Origin: Candidatus Latescibacterota bacterium
Lineage (GTDB): Bacteria > Latescibacterota > Latescibacteria > Latescibacterales > Latescibacteraceae
NCBI GenBank assembly: GCA_016927495.1
Contig: JAFGMP010000263.1
Location: 1 to 47,705, forward strand
DNA: 47,705 nt
Direction: 5' to 3'
How positions within the stretch are numbered: the first letter of the stretch is position 1; each line of letters begins with the position of its first letter. The notes beneath the pieces were generated by a model that worked only from the letters and a program-made list of their open reading frames with translations, had not been told where the DNA came from and ran no database searches. This document shows, piece by piece, positions 17,542 through 28,398 of the stretch. Both the position numbers and the translations under genes were made by a program.

Positions 17542-20430
17542 ATGTCAATTATTATGAGATTTAAAACAAAATGGAATGTTAGGATTTTGTGGTATGGATT
17601 AATTGCTGTATCATTCATTCTACTTATTATATCATCATATTTACATAATGCCATTTTCAACAAATCTCCGTTAATCTGGAGATTATTTCCAGTCAAAATT
17701 GAATCTATTCAGAATGAAATTGGTAATTGTTATATAGCCTATCATGGCAAAAAATGGTTAAGCAGCCATAAACACCCTTCAGATGCACAACTTTTCGAAG
17801 ACGGTATTCCACTTAAAGTCGGCAACTCTCTTCATGATGATATACGACAAAAAGGCGGTGGGCGTTACTCATTTTGGTATGACTATGTTTATTTTTCCGC
17901 GTCAGACAACAGCAATCCAAAAACAAATGGAAAAAATTATGAAATTTATGGTCCTGTAATTAATTCGCATAGTATATATTTAGTTACAAAATTCCTTTGG
18001 TTGTTTTTAGTGATCATGTGGATTGCAACTAAGAATACTATCAACTTACTTAAACGATGCTACCTTTTACTTAAACGATGCTACCTTAAATTAAAACAAC
18101 CCAAAACACTTTTGATAATTTCCTACGGATTGGTAGTTACCGCATTTTTTATTCCAAGAGTGCCTATTTTCTTTGGTAACATTCTCCCAATAATTCAACC
18201 TGACACAAATTCATATTTTTTACCGGTAAATCAAATATTTGACGGTCAATTACCATTATTCGAAACACGAACCCCTGGTTACCCAATTTTTCTTGCAATG
18301 ATCTTCCTTATATATCCCAAACTTCTCCCGGTTATTCTGATTCAAAATCTATTTACACTCATGAGTTCTCTTTTTTTACTATGGGTAATTCAAAAAACAT
18401 ATCCACGACTTGTTTTTCTTTGCACTTTGGCTATAGTTGCTCATGTTACGATGCCAATTTTGGTGGGTCATGATTTTTCTATTTTAACTGAAAGTCTTTA
18501 TACCAGTATTCTCGTTATATTTGTGGGTTTGTATATACTTGCAATACACCGACGAAAACCATGGTTATTTTCCCTATGCTCAGTAGTCGGAGGTTATGCC
18601 ATTTTAGTTCGTCCCTCCGGATTATTTCTTTTCGGATGTATAACTCTTACATTCATTTATATGATTTTCAATCGTTACAGAATTAAAAATATTATATGCT
18701 TCGTTTTACCTATCACCGTAATTGTATTATTATTTATGATATATAATCTTTTCACTATTAATCGGTTTGCATTTTCAGCCATGTCATCACTGACAATTTA
18801 CGGCATCACCGCTACTTATTGGGAAACAAGTGATAAATTTCCAGAAGAAGTCAATGAAGTCATTTCAAAATTTAAAGATAATGAAACCAAACCCGACGAA
18901 ATAAATTTAGTAAAATCATCTTGGAATCCAATAATCATCTATAAACCATTCGCAGAAATAGGTGGAAGAGCTGTATATACAGCTCAGAACAGTGTATTTA
19001 AATTACCATATGATTTTTTAAAACAATCTGACCTGGCAAAAAAAGTAGGTTTATACGCAATTCGTAAACATCCTTTGATGTATGTGAAATTTGTCTGGAC
19101 ACAAGCTACAATTTTCCTGTATGATCCTGCAAGCTGGAACTCACATTACCTGCCAACTTTGCCGTTAATATTTAAAAGCATGTATATAATTCCAAATGTT
19201 GACCTTAATAATTATGAATATTTATACAGAGAATATGTTGAACCACCTGAATTACGATCGATCAAGATTACACAGAATTGTGAAGATTTAGATATTACAT
19301 ACGTACCTACTACAATAGATATATTGTGCACAAAAATCAATAATATCTTTTTTTTCTTTTTTGGAAATTGTTATTTCTGGCTGCTTGTATTTGTTGTTTT
19401 ATGTTTAATAACTGTTTTGGATGTATTACGAACCAAACTCCGTAACTGTGATTCATTTTTATTATTTATGCTGGTAACAATGCATTTGGGAGCTGGACTT
19501 TTTATGTCAGCTTGTACAGTTTTTTCCAATCGCTATACATATCCAACAAAATTTTTAGTATATTTTTCACTTGCTCTTTTACCAATTACTCATATCAGTA
19601 TATTAAATAGGAAAAAGAGTTTTGCACCAAAGGATATACAAAATAACCAGTATCGTCAAACAAAAAACTCTTTCGATTCAGCATTAACTGAAAGAGGAAT
19701 GAATCAAAACAAAGAAGCAATGACAAACATTAATGAATTTTACAGATGGAACCTTGTAGTTTTTCCTTTCGAAAAATATAAGAAAATTCTTGATCTGGGT
19801 TGTGGGCCATGCCTCTATTATAATGAACTGATGTTCTATTCACCAAACCGATATATAGCAACCGATTATAGTGAATATTATGTCAGTCAAATGCATCAAC
19901 GTTTTAAAAATAATCCAAACTGTTCAGCAAAAAAACTTGATTTGACATCCAGTACTCTACCGGATTATTTAAAAAATGAAAAAATTGATTACGTTTTATG
20001 TTTCGATGTACTGGAACATATTGATGTCCATGAAAAAGCACTGGAGAACATACATAAAATTATGACTGCGACAGGTGCCAATTTTCTTTTTTTACGCGTT
20101 CCTGCCCTTCCATTGATTTTCGGTACAAATGATAAAGCAATAGGTCATTATCGTAGATATTCAAAAAAAGAACTCATTTCTCTCCTTAAGAAATATCCAT
20201 TCAATATCGAAAAGATACATTATCACAATTTCTTGGGGATAATACCCTGGCTTATTATCGGCAGAGTATTAAAACGGTCATTGGCTGTAACCAACACTGA
20301 AGGAAAAATATTTAATAAAATTGTTCCCTTGCTCCGTTTCTTTGAAGATCTTTTCCCACCTCCCATTGGGCTTTCTCTTTATTGCATCTGCAGCCTTCGG
20401 GACAATGACTATGAGGAGGGAATAAAATAA
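17542..20430 (+). CDS. Multi-pass membrane GT-C-like glycosyltransferase with an N-terminal extracytoplasmic module and a fused C-terminal class I SAM methyltransferase
   Basis: Many hydrophobic helices with PDTNSY, RTPGYP, LTESL and LVRP. The C-terminus has ILDLGCGP, FDVLEHI, RVPA and GHYRRYS. It is one uninterrupted 962-codon ORF. Confidence 0.7.
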   Translation: MSIIMRFKTKWNVRILWYGLIAVSFILLIISSYLHNAIFNKSPLIWRLFPVKIESIQNEIGNCYIAYHGKKWLSSHKHPSDAQLFEDGIPLKVGNSLHDDIRQKGGGRYSFWYDYVYFSASDNSNPKTNGKNYEIYGPVINSHSIYLVTKFLWLFLVIMWIATKNTINLLKRCYLLLKRCYLKLKQPKTLLIISYGLVVTAFFIPRVPIFFGNILPIIQPDTNSYFLPVNQIFDGQLPLFETRTPGYPIFLAMIFLIYPKLLPVILIQNLFTLMSSLFLLWVIQKTYPRLVFLCTLAIVAHVTMPILVGHDFSILTESLYTSILVIFVGLYILAIHRRKPWLFSLCSVVGGYAILVRPSGLFLFGCITLTFIYMIFNRYRIKNIICFVLPITVIVLLFMIYNLFTINRFAFSAMSSLTIYGITATYWETSDKFPEEVNEVISKFKDNETKPDEINLVKSSWNPIIIYKPFAEIGGRAVYTAQNSVFKLPYDFLKQSDLAKKVGLYAIRKHPLMYVKFVWTQATIFLYDPASWNSHYLPTLPLIFKSMYIIPNVDLNNYEYLYREYVEPPELRSIKITQNCEDLDITYVPTTIDILCTKINNIFFFFFGNCYFWLLVFVVLCLITVLDVLRTKLRNCDSFLLFMLVTMHLGAGLFMSACTVFSNRYTYPTKFLVYFSLALLPITHISILNRKKSFAPKDIQNNQYRQTKNSFDSALTERGMNQNKEAMTNINEFYRWNLVVFPFEKYKKILDLGCGPCLYYNELMFYSPNRYIATDYSEYYVSQMHQRFKNNPNCSAKKLDLTSSTLPDYLKNEKIDYVLCFDVLEHIDVHEKALENIHKIMTATGANFLFLRVPALPLIFGTNDKAIGHYRRYSKKELISLLKKYPFNIEKIHYHNFLGIIPWLIIGRVLKRSLAVTNTEGKIFNKIVPLLRFFEDLFPPPIGLSLYCICSLRDNDYEEGIK
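18046..18087 (+). repeat. Perfect in-frame 21-bp tandem duplication
   Basis: TTACTTAAACGATGCTACCTT x2, encoding LLKRCYL twice. Confidence 0.95.
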
Positions 20431-21908
20431 TGAGACTTCTCCTGATTAATACACCGATTGAACGTGAAAACATTCTGGGCCAATTCAATCAAATCTATGA
20501 TGATCTCAAAATGGTGCCTATCGGTTTGGCTTATCTTGCTTCCGTAGCCCGTAAGAATGGCATAGAAGTAAAAATTCTTGACCAGTATGCAGAATGTATT
20601 TCGATGCCAAGTATCGAAAAAATGATAAAAGATTTTTCTCCGAATCTGATCGGATTTAGTTCGACCACTCCAAACTATTTTGCCGCTATCAATATGGTAA
20701 GACATCTGAAAAGAGTTTTCCCGGATATAAAAACCGTGATGGGCGGTCAGCATCCATCGATTTTTCCGGATAAAGTTTTGAAAAATGATGAGGTTGATTA
20801 TGTCATCCGTGATGAGGGGGAATATTCTCTTGTAGCTTTATGTAATGCAATTCAAAATAGTAATTATAACCTTGCCCATATAGACGGATTATCATATAAA
20901 GACTCAACGGGAAAAACAGTTCACAATAAACAATCTGCCAGTGTTGTATTAGATGATCTGCCTTGGCCAGCTTACGATTTATTACCTATGCATCTTTACA
21001 GCAGCCCAAGCTATACCAGATTCGCTTTGCCGGTTTATCAAATGAGCGCCAGTCGTGGATGCCCGAATCAATGTACCTATTGTATCAACGCTGAACTGAA
21101 TATCGCAGCGAAATACCGGAGGCGAAATATTGATGATGTGTTGGACGAGATGGAAATGCTTGTTAATCAATACGACGCCAAACAAATCCAGTTTTGGGAT
21201 CCAATATTTCCGTTAGGAAAAACTTACACGTTCGAATTCTGCGAAAAGCTTATAGAACGAGGTTTAAACAAGAAAATTGTGTGGAATTCAACAACCTATG
21301 CAGAATTTCTTTCAGAAGAGTTGATAACCGTTATGGCTCGTTCTGGCTGTAAGGGGCTTGGATTTGGTATTGAATCGGGTGTCCCTGAGTTGCTGAAAAG
21401 TGTAAATAAGAAAGTGAATTTTAATCATTTACGTGAAATGTGCCGAATTGCCAGAAAAAAAAATATAGTCGTTGCCGGAGCCTTTATCCTGGGTTTTCCC
21501 GGAGAAACACGGGACATGACCCAACAGACCATTGATTTTGCAAAAAGCCTTGATATTCATTATGCTCAGTTCAGTATCATGGTTCCCTATCCGGGTACAC
21601 CGCTCTATAAGGAGTTACATGAGAAAGGGGAAATTGTTGATTCCGGCGAAGATGATTATGTGCGTTATAACCAGAGTATAGGTTTGACCGATCTTGAACC
21701 AATATATATTTCCAAAGGAAGGAATTGGGAAGAACTGAAAGCAATGCAGAAGCAGGCATACACTCAGTTTTATTTCAGACCCCGTTTATTCCTGATGCAC
21801 ATTCCGCATTTACGACCACAACTTTTTCTTCGTATGATTAAGTCATTCCTTGCGGTCGTTGGTCTTCTGTTAAAAAAAACAAATAAAAAAAATAACTCCA
21901 AGCTCTAA
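20430..21908 (+). CDS. Cobalamin-binding radical SAM protein (class B methyltransferase-like) 1
   Basis: PIGLAYLAS, MGGQHPS, DEGE, SRGCPNQCTYC (CxxxCxxC), GIESG, FILGFPGET and PYPGT; TAATG coupling to the upstream gene. Confidence 0.9.
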   Translation: MRLLLINTPIERENILGQFNQIYDDLKMVPIGLAYLASVARKNGIEVKILDQYAECISMPSIEKMIKDFSPNLIGFSSTTPNYFAAINMVRHLKRVFPDIKTVMGGQHPSIFPDKVLKNDEVDYVIRDEGEYSLVALCNAIQNSNYNLAHIDGLSYKDSTGKTVHNKQSASVVLDDLPWPAYDLLPMHLYSSPSYTRFALPVYQMSASRGCPNQCTYCINAELNIAAKYRRRNIDDVLDEMEMLVNQYDAKQIQFWDPIFPLGKTYTFEFCEKLIERGLNKKIVWNSTTYAEFLSEELITVMARSGCKGLGFGIESGVPELLKSVNKKVNFNHLREMCRIARKKNIVVAGAFILGFPGETRDMTQQTIDFAKSLDIHYAQFSIMVPYPGTPLYKELHEKGEIVDSGEDDYVRYNQSIGLTDLEPIYISKGRNWEELKAMQKQAYTQFYFRPRLFLMHIPHLRPQLFLRMIKSFLAVVGLLLKKTNKKNNSKL

Positions 21909-21945
21909 TTATATTTATTAATATTTATACATGGAAAGTTAGCAT

Positions 21946-23400
21946 ATGGCCGATATAGTATCAAAAAAAGTTGTTGTTTTAGGAGCCGGACCGAGCGGTC
22001 TTTGCGCTGCATGGAATCTTGTTCAGGATGGATATCGTGTCGTTATTCTTGAAAAGGAGTCTGTATGTGGTGGACAATCGATTACTTTTCAACGAGGTGA
22101 TTATAAATATGATATCGGTCCTCATAACATACATTCTAAACATAATAGTATCATTAGGTTTCTTCAAGATTCATTAAAAGAAGATTTTGTAAAACACAAT
22201 TTTTTCGCTGAGATATTCTTTCAGGGTAAAAGAATTAAATATCCATTGATGGGTACTGATGTATTACGTAATGTAAATCCTTTAACTGCGGTATTGTGTG
22301 GGCTTAGTTTTCTTTGGACACGCACCAAAACTTTTTTTTATCCCTCGACAGGTAATGATGAAAGTTACAAAGCATGGATAATCAACCGTTTCGGCAGAAG
22401 ATTCTATAATATATTTTTCGGACCGTATACTGAGAAAGTATGGAAAATTCCACCGGAACAAATTTCAAATATCGTCGCTCAAAAAAGAATTGCAGTTTCC
22501 GGAATACTTGAATTGATTCATACCATCATATTTAAAAAAGAACGCTATCACCCTGAAAATATCCGGCTCGTAGATAGTTACTATCCACTATCAGGAATTG
22601 GATCAATATCAGAATTTTTCAAAAGAGGCATACTGGATCATGGCGGTGAAATAATCAATAATGCAGAAGTTAATAAATTATTCTTAGAAAAAAATAGGAT
22701 TGCAAAAGTTGTATTTTTAAAGGATGGTACAGAAAAACATATAGATTTGTCATCGAATAATTCAAATGTCGGAGGAGAAATAATTTCTACCATACCTGTA
22801 AATGAAATGATATCGATGATTGAAGGAAATATCCCAAATGCAGTTATCGATTCTGCACTCAGTCTTGATTTTACGGCGGAAGTTTTTCTTTATTTGAATG
22901 TAAAACACACGGATGTTTTCGGATTACCACTTTTTTATTTTAGTGGAGATGAATTTCCGTTTAATAGAATTTACGATGTCGGAATTTTCAGTCGCAGCAT
23001 GGTACCTCAAGGGAAAAATGCGATATGTCTTGAAATATCATGTACAAAGAATGATGAATTATGGAATATGGATGACAAAGATATTTTCGAACTATGTATA
23101 TCACCTTTAGAAAGCAACAAGTTGTTAAATCGTAAAGATGTCGAGGATTACCACACTCAGCGTCTTAGCCACGCTTATCCACGTTTTCGTATCGACTACA
23201 AGACAAGTATTAAAACAATTTTTGATTACCTTGACACCAATATTACAAACATTATGAGTTTTGGCCGTCAGGGACTTTTTACGTATGCAAACGTCGATGA
23301 TGCAATATGGATGGGCTTTGAGGTCGCAAAGCATATGAAATATAAAAAACGTATTAAACTTCCCATGACGGAATTACTTTCCGATTATATTTCCACATGA
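21946..23400 (+). CDS. FAD-dependent oxidoreductase (protoporphyrinogen oxidase-like / UDP-galactopyranose mutase-like flavoprotein)
   Basis: GAGPSGL, EK..CGG, DIGPH, FFGPYTEKVW, AYP and GRQGLFTY. Confidence 0.8.
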   Translation: MADIVSKKVVVLGAGPSGLCAAWNLVQDGYRVVILEKESVCGGQSITFQRGDYKYDIGPHNIHSKHNSIIRFLQDSLKEDFVKHNFFAEIFFQGKRIKYPLMGTDVLRNVNPLTAVLCGLSFLWTRTKTFFYPSTGNDESYKAWIINRFGRRFYNIFFGPYTEKVWKIPPEQISNIVAQKRIAVSGILELIHTIIFKKERYHPENIRLVDSYYPLSGIGSISEFFKRGILDHGGEIINNAEVNKLFLEKNRIAKVVFLKDGTEKHIDLSSNNSNVGGEIISTIPVNEMISMIEGNIPNAVIDSALSLDFTAEVFLYLNVKHTDVFGLPLFYFSGDEFPFNRIYDVGIFSRSMVPQGKNAICLEISCTKNDELWNMDDKDIFELCISPLESNKLLNRKDVEDYHTQRLSHAYPRFRIDYKTSIKTIFDYLDTNITNIMSFGRQGLFTYANVDDAIWMGFEVAKHMKYKKRIKLPMTELLSDYIST

Positions 23401-23492
23401 TTTCATGATAGAGTACTATAGAAAATGAATTAATATCAAATCTGTGATTTTACTGATATGTGAATTTAAATTATATAGGAGCTTTGAGTGAA

Positions 23493-24956
23493 ATGAAAAA
23501 AAAAGTGCTCTTAATAAATCCTTCCGTAAGCAAGATAAAGCATCTTACACCTAAAGATCTACCTTTGGCACTCCTATATGTTGCATCGAGGCTTGTAGAT
23601 ACATATGATATTGTGATTTTAGACAGAGAAATAAAAAAAGAAAATGAACGTTTAACAAAAGAACTGCTGGATCCGAGACTTTTTTGTGTTGGAATTACAG
23701 TGCTAACAGGTATTGGAATTCATGATGCAATTTTCTGTTCAAAAAAAGTTCGGGAATTGAGAGACGATGTAACGATTGTATGGGGTGGTTGGCATGCTAC
23801 TAATGCGCAAGAAAGCATTCTAATTAAATCTTATGTGGATTACATTATTCAGGGTGAAGGTGAAAATGTATTTCCCGAATTATTGAATTGTCTTGAAAAA
23901 AATGAAAGTCCGAATTCGATACCGGGGCTTGGTTATAAAATTAACGGTAAAAATTACCTGAATCCACCTCAATTCATTCAGAACCTGGACGATATACCAC
24001 GTTTGCCATATCACTTGATTCATGACATTGAACCATATATTTTTAATAATTGGATTCCCGAAGGTAATCGTTGTCTCCCATTAATAACAAGCCACGGTTG
24101 TCCAATGGGATGTTCGTTCTGTGAAGTCACTCACTATTTTGGCAAACATTATGGTTTTCAATCAGCATCAAGAATTATAGATGAAGTGAAATATTTGAAA
24201 GATATGTATGATATTGGTGGAATCAGAATATATGATCCGAATTTCTTTTTAAGATTCTCACGAGTCAAAGAATTTGCACAAATGATGATCGATGAAAACC
24301 TTAATATCAAATGGGCAGGAGATGGAACAGTAATTCAATTTGAGAAAATTGGAGAAGACGATTTAAATTTCCTGTATAGCTCAGGCCTACGTTATATATC
24401 TTTAGGTATAGAATCGGGAAGCGAAAAAGTTCGGTATGATATTCTAAATAAAAAATTCACAAATGCTCAGTGTGAAAAAGTCATTGGTAAATTAAACAAA
24501 GCTAATATTGAGTTTAGATTTAATATTATCCTTGGGATACCTGGTGAAACCGAAGAGGATATCATGGAATCGGTCAACTTCAGTATAGATATTATTTCGC
24601 GCTATCCAAATACATCTTTCCATGTCTATACATATCTACCTTTACCTGGGGCTCCTTTAGTTGAAAATGCACAAAAGATGGGATATAAACTTCCTAAAAA
24701 ACTGGAAGATTACACAGCAATTAACAGTTTCAATATTGAAAATTTACCTTGGTTGACTAATAAACGTAAACGTATGATTAATACGATATCAACTATGAGC
24801 ATTTTCCTTTCCACAACATCCAATTCGATTCCTTTTAAAGGAATAAAAAAATATATATTTTCATTGATAAGATCAGTGTTTTTATACAGAATGAAAAAGC
24901 ATATATTTTTAAGAACGCCGGATATTATTGTAATTCAAAAGACCAGAATATTATAA
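23493..24956 (+). CDS. Cobalamin-binding radical SAM protein 2
   Basis: KVLLINP, PLALLYVAS, WGGWHAT, GEGE, SHGCPMGCSFC, GIESGS and ILGIPGET; ATG 23493 preferred. Confidence 0.9.
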   Translation: MKKKVLLINPSVSKIKHLTPKDLPLALLYVASRLVDTYDIVILDREIKKENERLTKELLDPRLFCVGITVLTGIGIHDAIFCSKKVRELRDDVTIVWGGWHATNAQESILIKSYVDYIIQGEGENVFPELLNCLEKNESPNSIPGLGYKINGKNYLNPPQFIQNLDDIPRLPYHLIHDIEPYIFNNWIPEGNRCLPLITSHGCPMGCSFCEVTHYFGKHYGFQSASRIIDEVKYLKDMYDIGGIRIYDPNFFLRFSRVKEFAQMMIDENLNIKWAGDGTVIQFEKIGEDDLNFLYSSGLRYISLGIESGSEKVRYDILNKKFTNAQCEKVIGKLNKANIEFRFNIILGIPGETEEDIMESVNFSIDIISRYPNTSFHVYTYLPLPGAPLVENAQKMGYKLPKKLEDYTAINSFNIENLPWLTNKRKRMINTISTMSIFLSTTSNSIPFKGIKKYIFSLIRSVFLYRMKKHIFLRTPDIIVIQKTRIL

Positions 24957-25009
24957 ATTCATAGCTCGCCATTATTTTGACAAAGTTCTTTTGTTACTAT
25001 GGAGAAAAC

Positions 25010-26497
25010 ATGAAAAATACTTCACAATTCAAATTTAATAAAATTTCAAGAATATTATTTATTCATCCACCGGGCAATCGCGTTATCAGAAAAGATGGTG
25101 AACGTGGGATGAAAGCATGTGTTCAGCCTGTAGGATTGGCTTATTTAGCATCTTTTATAAGAGAAAAAGGATTCGAAACAGTTATACTCGATTGTGCGGC
25201 AGAAGGTTATGATGAACCTGAAATTGAATTAGAACCTGAAATTTTTCGATATGGGCTTTCTGATGATAAAATTATCCGGTATCTTGAGGATTATAAACCT
25301 GACCTCGTATGCATCAGTTGCCCTCAGTTAGTCCGGATTCCAGAGGCAATTACTGTGGCAAATCTTTCTAAAAAGATTTACCCTAAGGTACCGGTGGTAA
25401 TGGGTGGTGCTTCAGTTTCGACACTTGGGATTGAGTTTTTTTCATTAACGAACGATGTTGATTATATAATCCGTGGCGAAGGGGAACAACGACTCTATGA
25501 TTTGATTCAAGCTTTGAACTCTACCCCATCGCAATTATCTTTATTGGATGGTTTAATATATCGCGATGGGGATGCAATTATTGAAAATCCCTTTGTATCT
25601 GTTATACAAAACATTGATGATTTACCATTACCCGCCTATGATCTTCTTCCGATGAATATCTATTTCGAAAAAAATCGAAATCCTTCCGTCCATTCAAGTG
25701 CACAGAGAAGTTGTACTATGATCAGTAGCAGAGGATGTCCGGTAAAATGTTACTATTGCCCCGTTCATAAAGTATTTGGGCCTACTGGCCCTAATTATCG
25801 CATGCGTTCAAACGAAAACGTTCTAAATGAAATTGAACTTCTAACTTCAAGATATGATGTACAAGAAATTCAATTTGAAGATTCCAATTTTAATTCATCT
25901 ATAGCCAGAACGATGAGTCTTTCCCATGCAATTGGAGAACGGTTTTCAGGTTTACGGTGGACAACACCACATGGCAATCAAATGAGCACATTAACCCCTG
26001 AAGTTCTAAGCGCAATGAAGAAAGGCGGTTGTTATTCACTTCACCTCGCTCTTGAATCCGGTAATCAGGAATTTCTTGAAAAAAGAAAAAAATCCGTTAA
26101 ACTTTCAAAAGTAGATTTATTGCTCGAACAGGCGAAAGAAGAAGGCTTTGTCCGTAGCGCTTTTTTTATGATAGGATTTCCGGAAGAGAATCGTGAAAAT
26201 ATAGCGCGAACAATCAATTACGCTGATTCCATTGATATTGATGACATACATTTCTTTATTGCAATACCTTTCCCCAATACCGAGATTTACGATATCTGCA
26301 AACAAAATGGCTGGCTAATTCCCAATATTTCCTGGCGTCATTTTCGTTACTCAGTTGGTGTAATAAAAACTGAACACTTTGATCCAGCGTACCTTCAGAC
26401 AGTTCGCCGGAACGCGTGGCTAAAAATCCGGCGTAGGCTGGAGAAAAAAGAGCATGCCGTTTTACTAAGCAAGAACGAGAAAGAAATTTATGGCTGA
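25010..26497 (+). CDS. Cobalamin-binding radical SAM protein 3
   Basis: PVGLAYLAS, MGGA, GEGE, SRGCPVKCYYC, ESG, FMIGFP and PFPNT; ATG 25010 follows a GGAG RBS. Confidence 0.9.
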   Translation: MKNTSQFKFNKISRILFIHPPGNRVIRKDGERGMKACVQPVGLAYLASFIREKGFETVILDCAAEGYDEPEIELEPEIFRYGLSDDKIIRYLEDYKPDLVCISCPQLVRIPEAITVANLSKKIYPKVPVVMGGASVSTLGIEFFSLTNDVDYIIRGEGEQRLYDLIQALNSTPSQLSLLDGLIYRDGDAIIENPFVSVIQNIDDLPLPAYDLLPMNIYFEKNRNPSVHSSAQRSCTMISSRGCPVKCYYCPVHKVFGPTGPNYRMRSNENVLNEIELLTSRYDVQEIQFEDSNFNSSIARTMSLSHAIGERFSGLRWTTPHGNQMSTLTPEVLSAMKKGGCYSLHLALESGNQEFLEKRKKSVKLSKVDLLLEQAKEEGFVRSAFFMIGFPEENRENIARTINYADSIDIDDIHFFIAIPFPNTEIYDICKQNGWLIPNISWRHFRYSVGVIKTEHFDPAYLQTVRRNAWLKIRRRLEKKEHAVLLSKNEKEIYG

Positions 26498-27833
26498 GAA
26501 TAACCAATCAAGTTTCAGTTATCACAAAAGAAAAGCAGCACCTCAAAATCGTCATTTACTCAAAATTCTGGTTTTTCCATGTGGTTCAGAAATCAGTATG
26601 GAAATTCATAATGCTCTAAAATGGTCGACACATTTTGAGTTAATTGGTGTTTCAAGCGTTGTTTCAAATCACGGAAAATACGTTTATAAAAATTATTTCG
26701 ATGGATTCCCTTTTATTGAAGATGATGCTTTTATATCAATCCTCAATACTTTTGTTGTTGAAAAAAAAATTGATTTAATATTTCCCGCGCATGACAGTGT
26801 TGTTTTAAAACTTTCCGAAAATAGACAGAATATTCATTGTAAAATCATTGGTTCACCATATAAAACTTGTAGCATCTGCAGGTCAAAACTCAAAACATAT
26901 AATTTTTTTAAAAATCTGCTTAATGTACCGGAAGTATATACTTTAGACAGTTATAATATTCATTATCCGGTATTTATGAAACCGAACGTCGGACAAGGTT
27001 CAAGAGGTGTAGTTATTGCCCGCAATGAAAAAGAGGTTTTTTTTCATCACAATCAAGACCCGTCTTTACTTATTCTGGAATTTCTACCAGGCTCTGAATA
27101 TACAGTAGATTGTTTTTCTGACAGATTTGGATCATTACGATTTATAGGTGCAAGGGAAAGAATGCGAATTTCAAATGGAATAAGCGTTAATACAAAACCA
27201 ATACATGATAAGAAAATTAATGAGATAGCAGCAATAATAAACAAAACACTAAAATTCAGAGGCGCATGGTTTTTTCAACTCAAAAAAAACAAGAAAGATG
27301 AATACACGTTACTGGAAATCGGACCGCGTATTTCCGGTTCAATGGGACTTTACCGTAATCTGGGAATTAACTTTCCTTTACTAAGTGTTTTTGACCAGTT
27401 AGGAAATGATGTTGTATTGAATCCTCAGGATTTTTTTATTGAAATGGACCGCGCTCTTTTTAACAGATTTAATATTAATCTTAATTATAAGCATGTATAT
27501 ATAGATTTTGACGATACTATAATACTTGATGGTAAAATAAATACGTTAATTATTTATTTTTTATACCAATGCATAAATAGAAATATAAAAATTCATCTTA
27601 TCTCAAAACACAAAAATAATCTTGATGCAAAATTAAAAAAATTTCGAATTAAAAACATTTTTGATACTATCATGGAATTAGTTGAGGATGATGAAAAATC
27701 AAATTATATTACAGAAAAATCTTCAATCTTCATTGATGATTCATATTCGGAAAGACAAAAGGTTTCAAAAACGTTAGGTATACCTGTATTTGACACTCAT
27801 GCTGTTGAAAGCTTACTTGATTGGAAGGTTTGA
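26490..27833 (+). CDS. ATP-grasp ligase with a C-terminal HAD-like domain
   Basis: YPVFMKPNVGQGSRG, EFLPGSEYTVDCF, FFQ and LLEIGPR; C-terminal YIDFDDT and FIDDS (HAD motifs I and IV). Confidence 0.8.
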   Translation: MAENNQSSFSYHKRKAAPQNRHLLKILVFPCGSEISMEIHNALKWSTHFELIGVSSVVSNHGKYVYKNYFDGFPFIEDDAFISILNTFVVEKKIDLIFPAHDSVVLKLSENRQNIHCKIIGSPYKTCSICRSKLKTYNFFKNLLNVPEVYTLDSYNIHYPVFMKPNVGQGSRGVVIARNEKEVFFHHNQDPSLLILEFLPGSEYTVDCFSDRFGSLRFIGARERMRISNGISVNTKPIHDKKINEIAAIINKTLKFRGAWFFQLKKNKKDEYTLLEIGPRISGSMGLYRNLGINFPLLSVFDQLGNDVVLNPQDFFIEMDRALFNRFNINLNYKHVYIDFDDTIILDGKINTLIIYFLYQCINRNIKIHLISKHKNNLDAKLKKFRIKNIFDTIMELVEDDEKSNYITEKSSIFIDDSYSERQKVSKTLGIPVFDTHAVESLLDWKV

Positions 27834-27837
27834 TTCT

Positions 27838-28389
27838 GTGACAAACCGAGAAAATAAAATCAGTGATATAGATCTAAACCATTATGCTATCATAAGAAAT
27901 AATGTATCAAAATTTCTTCGTATTTGCGGTGGAAAGTATGATAAAGAAGGTTTGTTACTCGATATTGCACCACAGAACCATGAAGGTTCAAAACCTTATT
28001 TTACAAAGTCAAAAATCTATACTTTAGATATTAATCCTGAAGCGAAAGCCGACTTTACGGTTGATATATGTGCAACCAATGAAAAACTAATCCCAGATAA
28101 TCACTTTGATTTCGTCGTTTGCACTGAAGTGTTAGAACATACAATAAATCCATTTTCAGCACTAAATGAAATATTTAGAATTTTGAAACAAGGTGGATTA
28201 GTATTTATTTCAGTACCTTTTAATTTTCGAATTCATGGCCCTTTACCTGATTGTTGGAGATTTACGGTACATGGATTAAAAGTACTTTTAAAAGATTTCG
28301 AAATAATCAGTTTGAACGAAATTGAGACCGATGATAGATGGTTAATGCCGATTCATTATACAGTTGTTGCAAAAAAACTAAAACGGTGA
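27838..28389 (+). CDS. Class I SAM-dependent methyltransferase-like protein
   Basis: LLDIAP, FDFVVCTEVLEH, RILKQGG, VPF and HGPLPDCWRFT; GTG 27838 follows GGAAGG. Confidence 0.8.
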   Translation: MTNRENKISDIDLNHYAIIRNNVSKFLRICGGKYDKEGLLLDIAPQNHEGSKPYFTKSKIYTLDINPEAKADFTVDICATNEKLIPDNHFDFVVCTEVLEHTINPFSALNEIFRILKQGGLVFISVPFNFRIHGPLPDCWRFTVHGLKVLLKDFEIISLNEIETDDRWLMPIHYTVVAKKLKR

Positions 28390-28398
28390 TGATTAACA

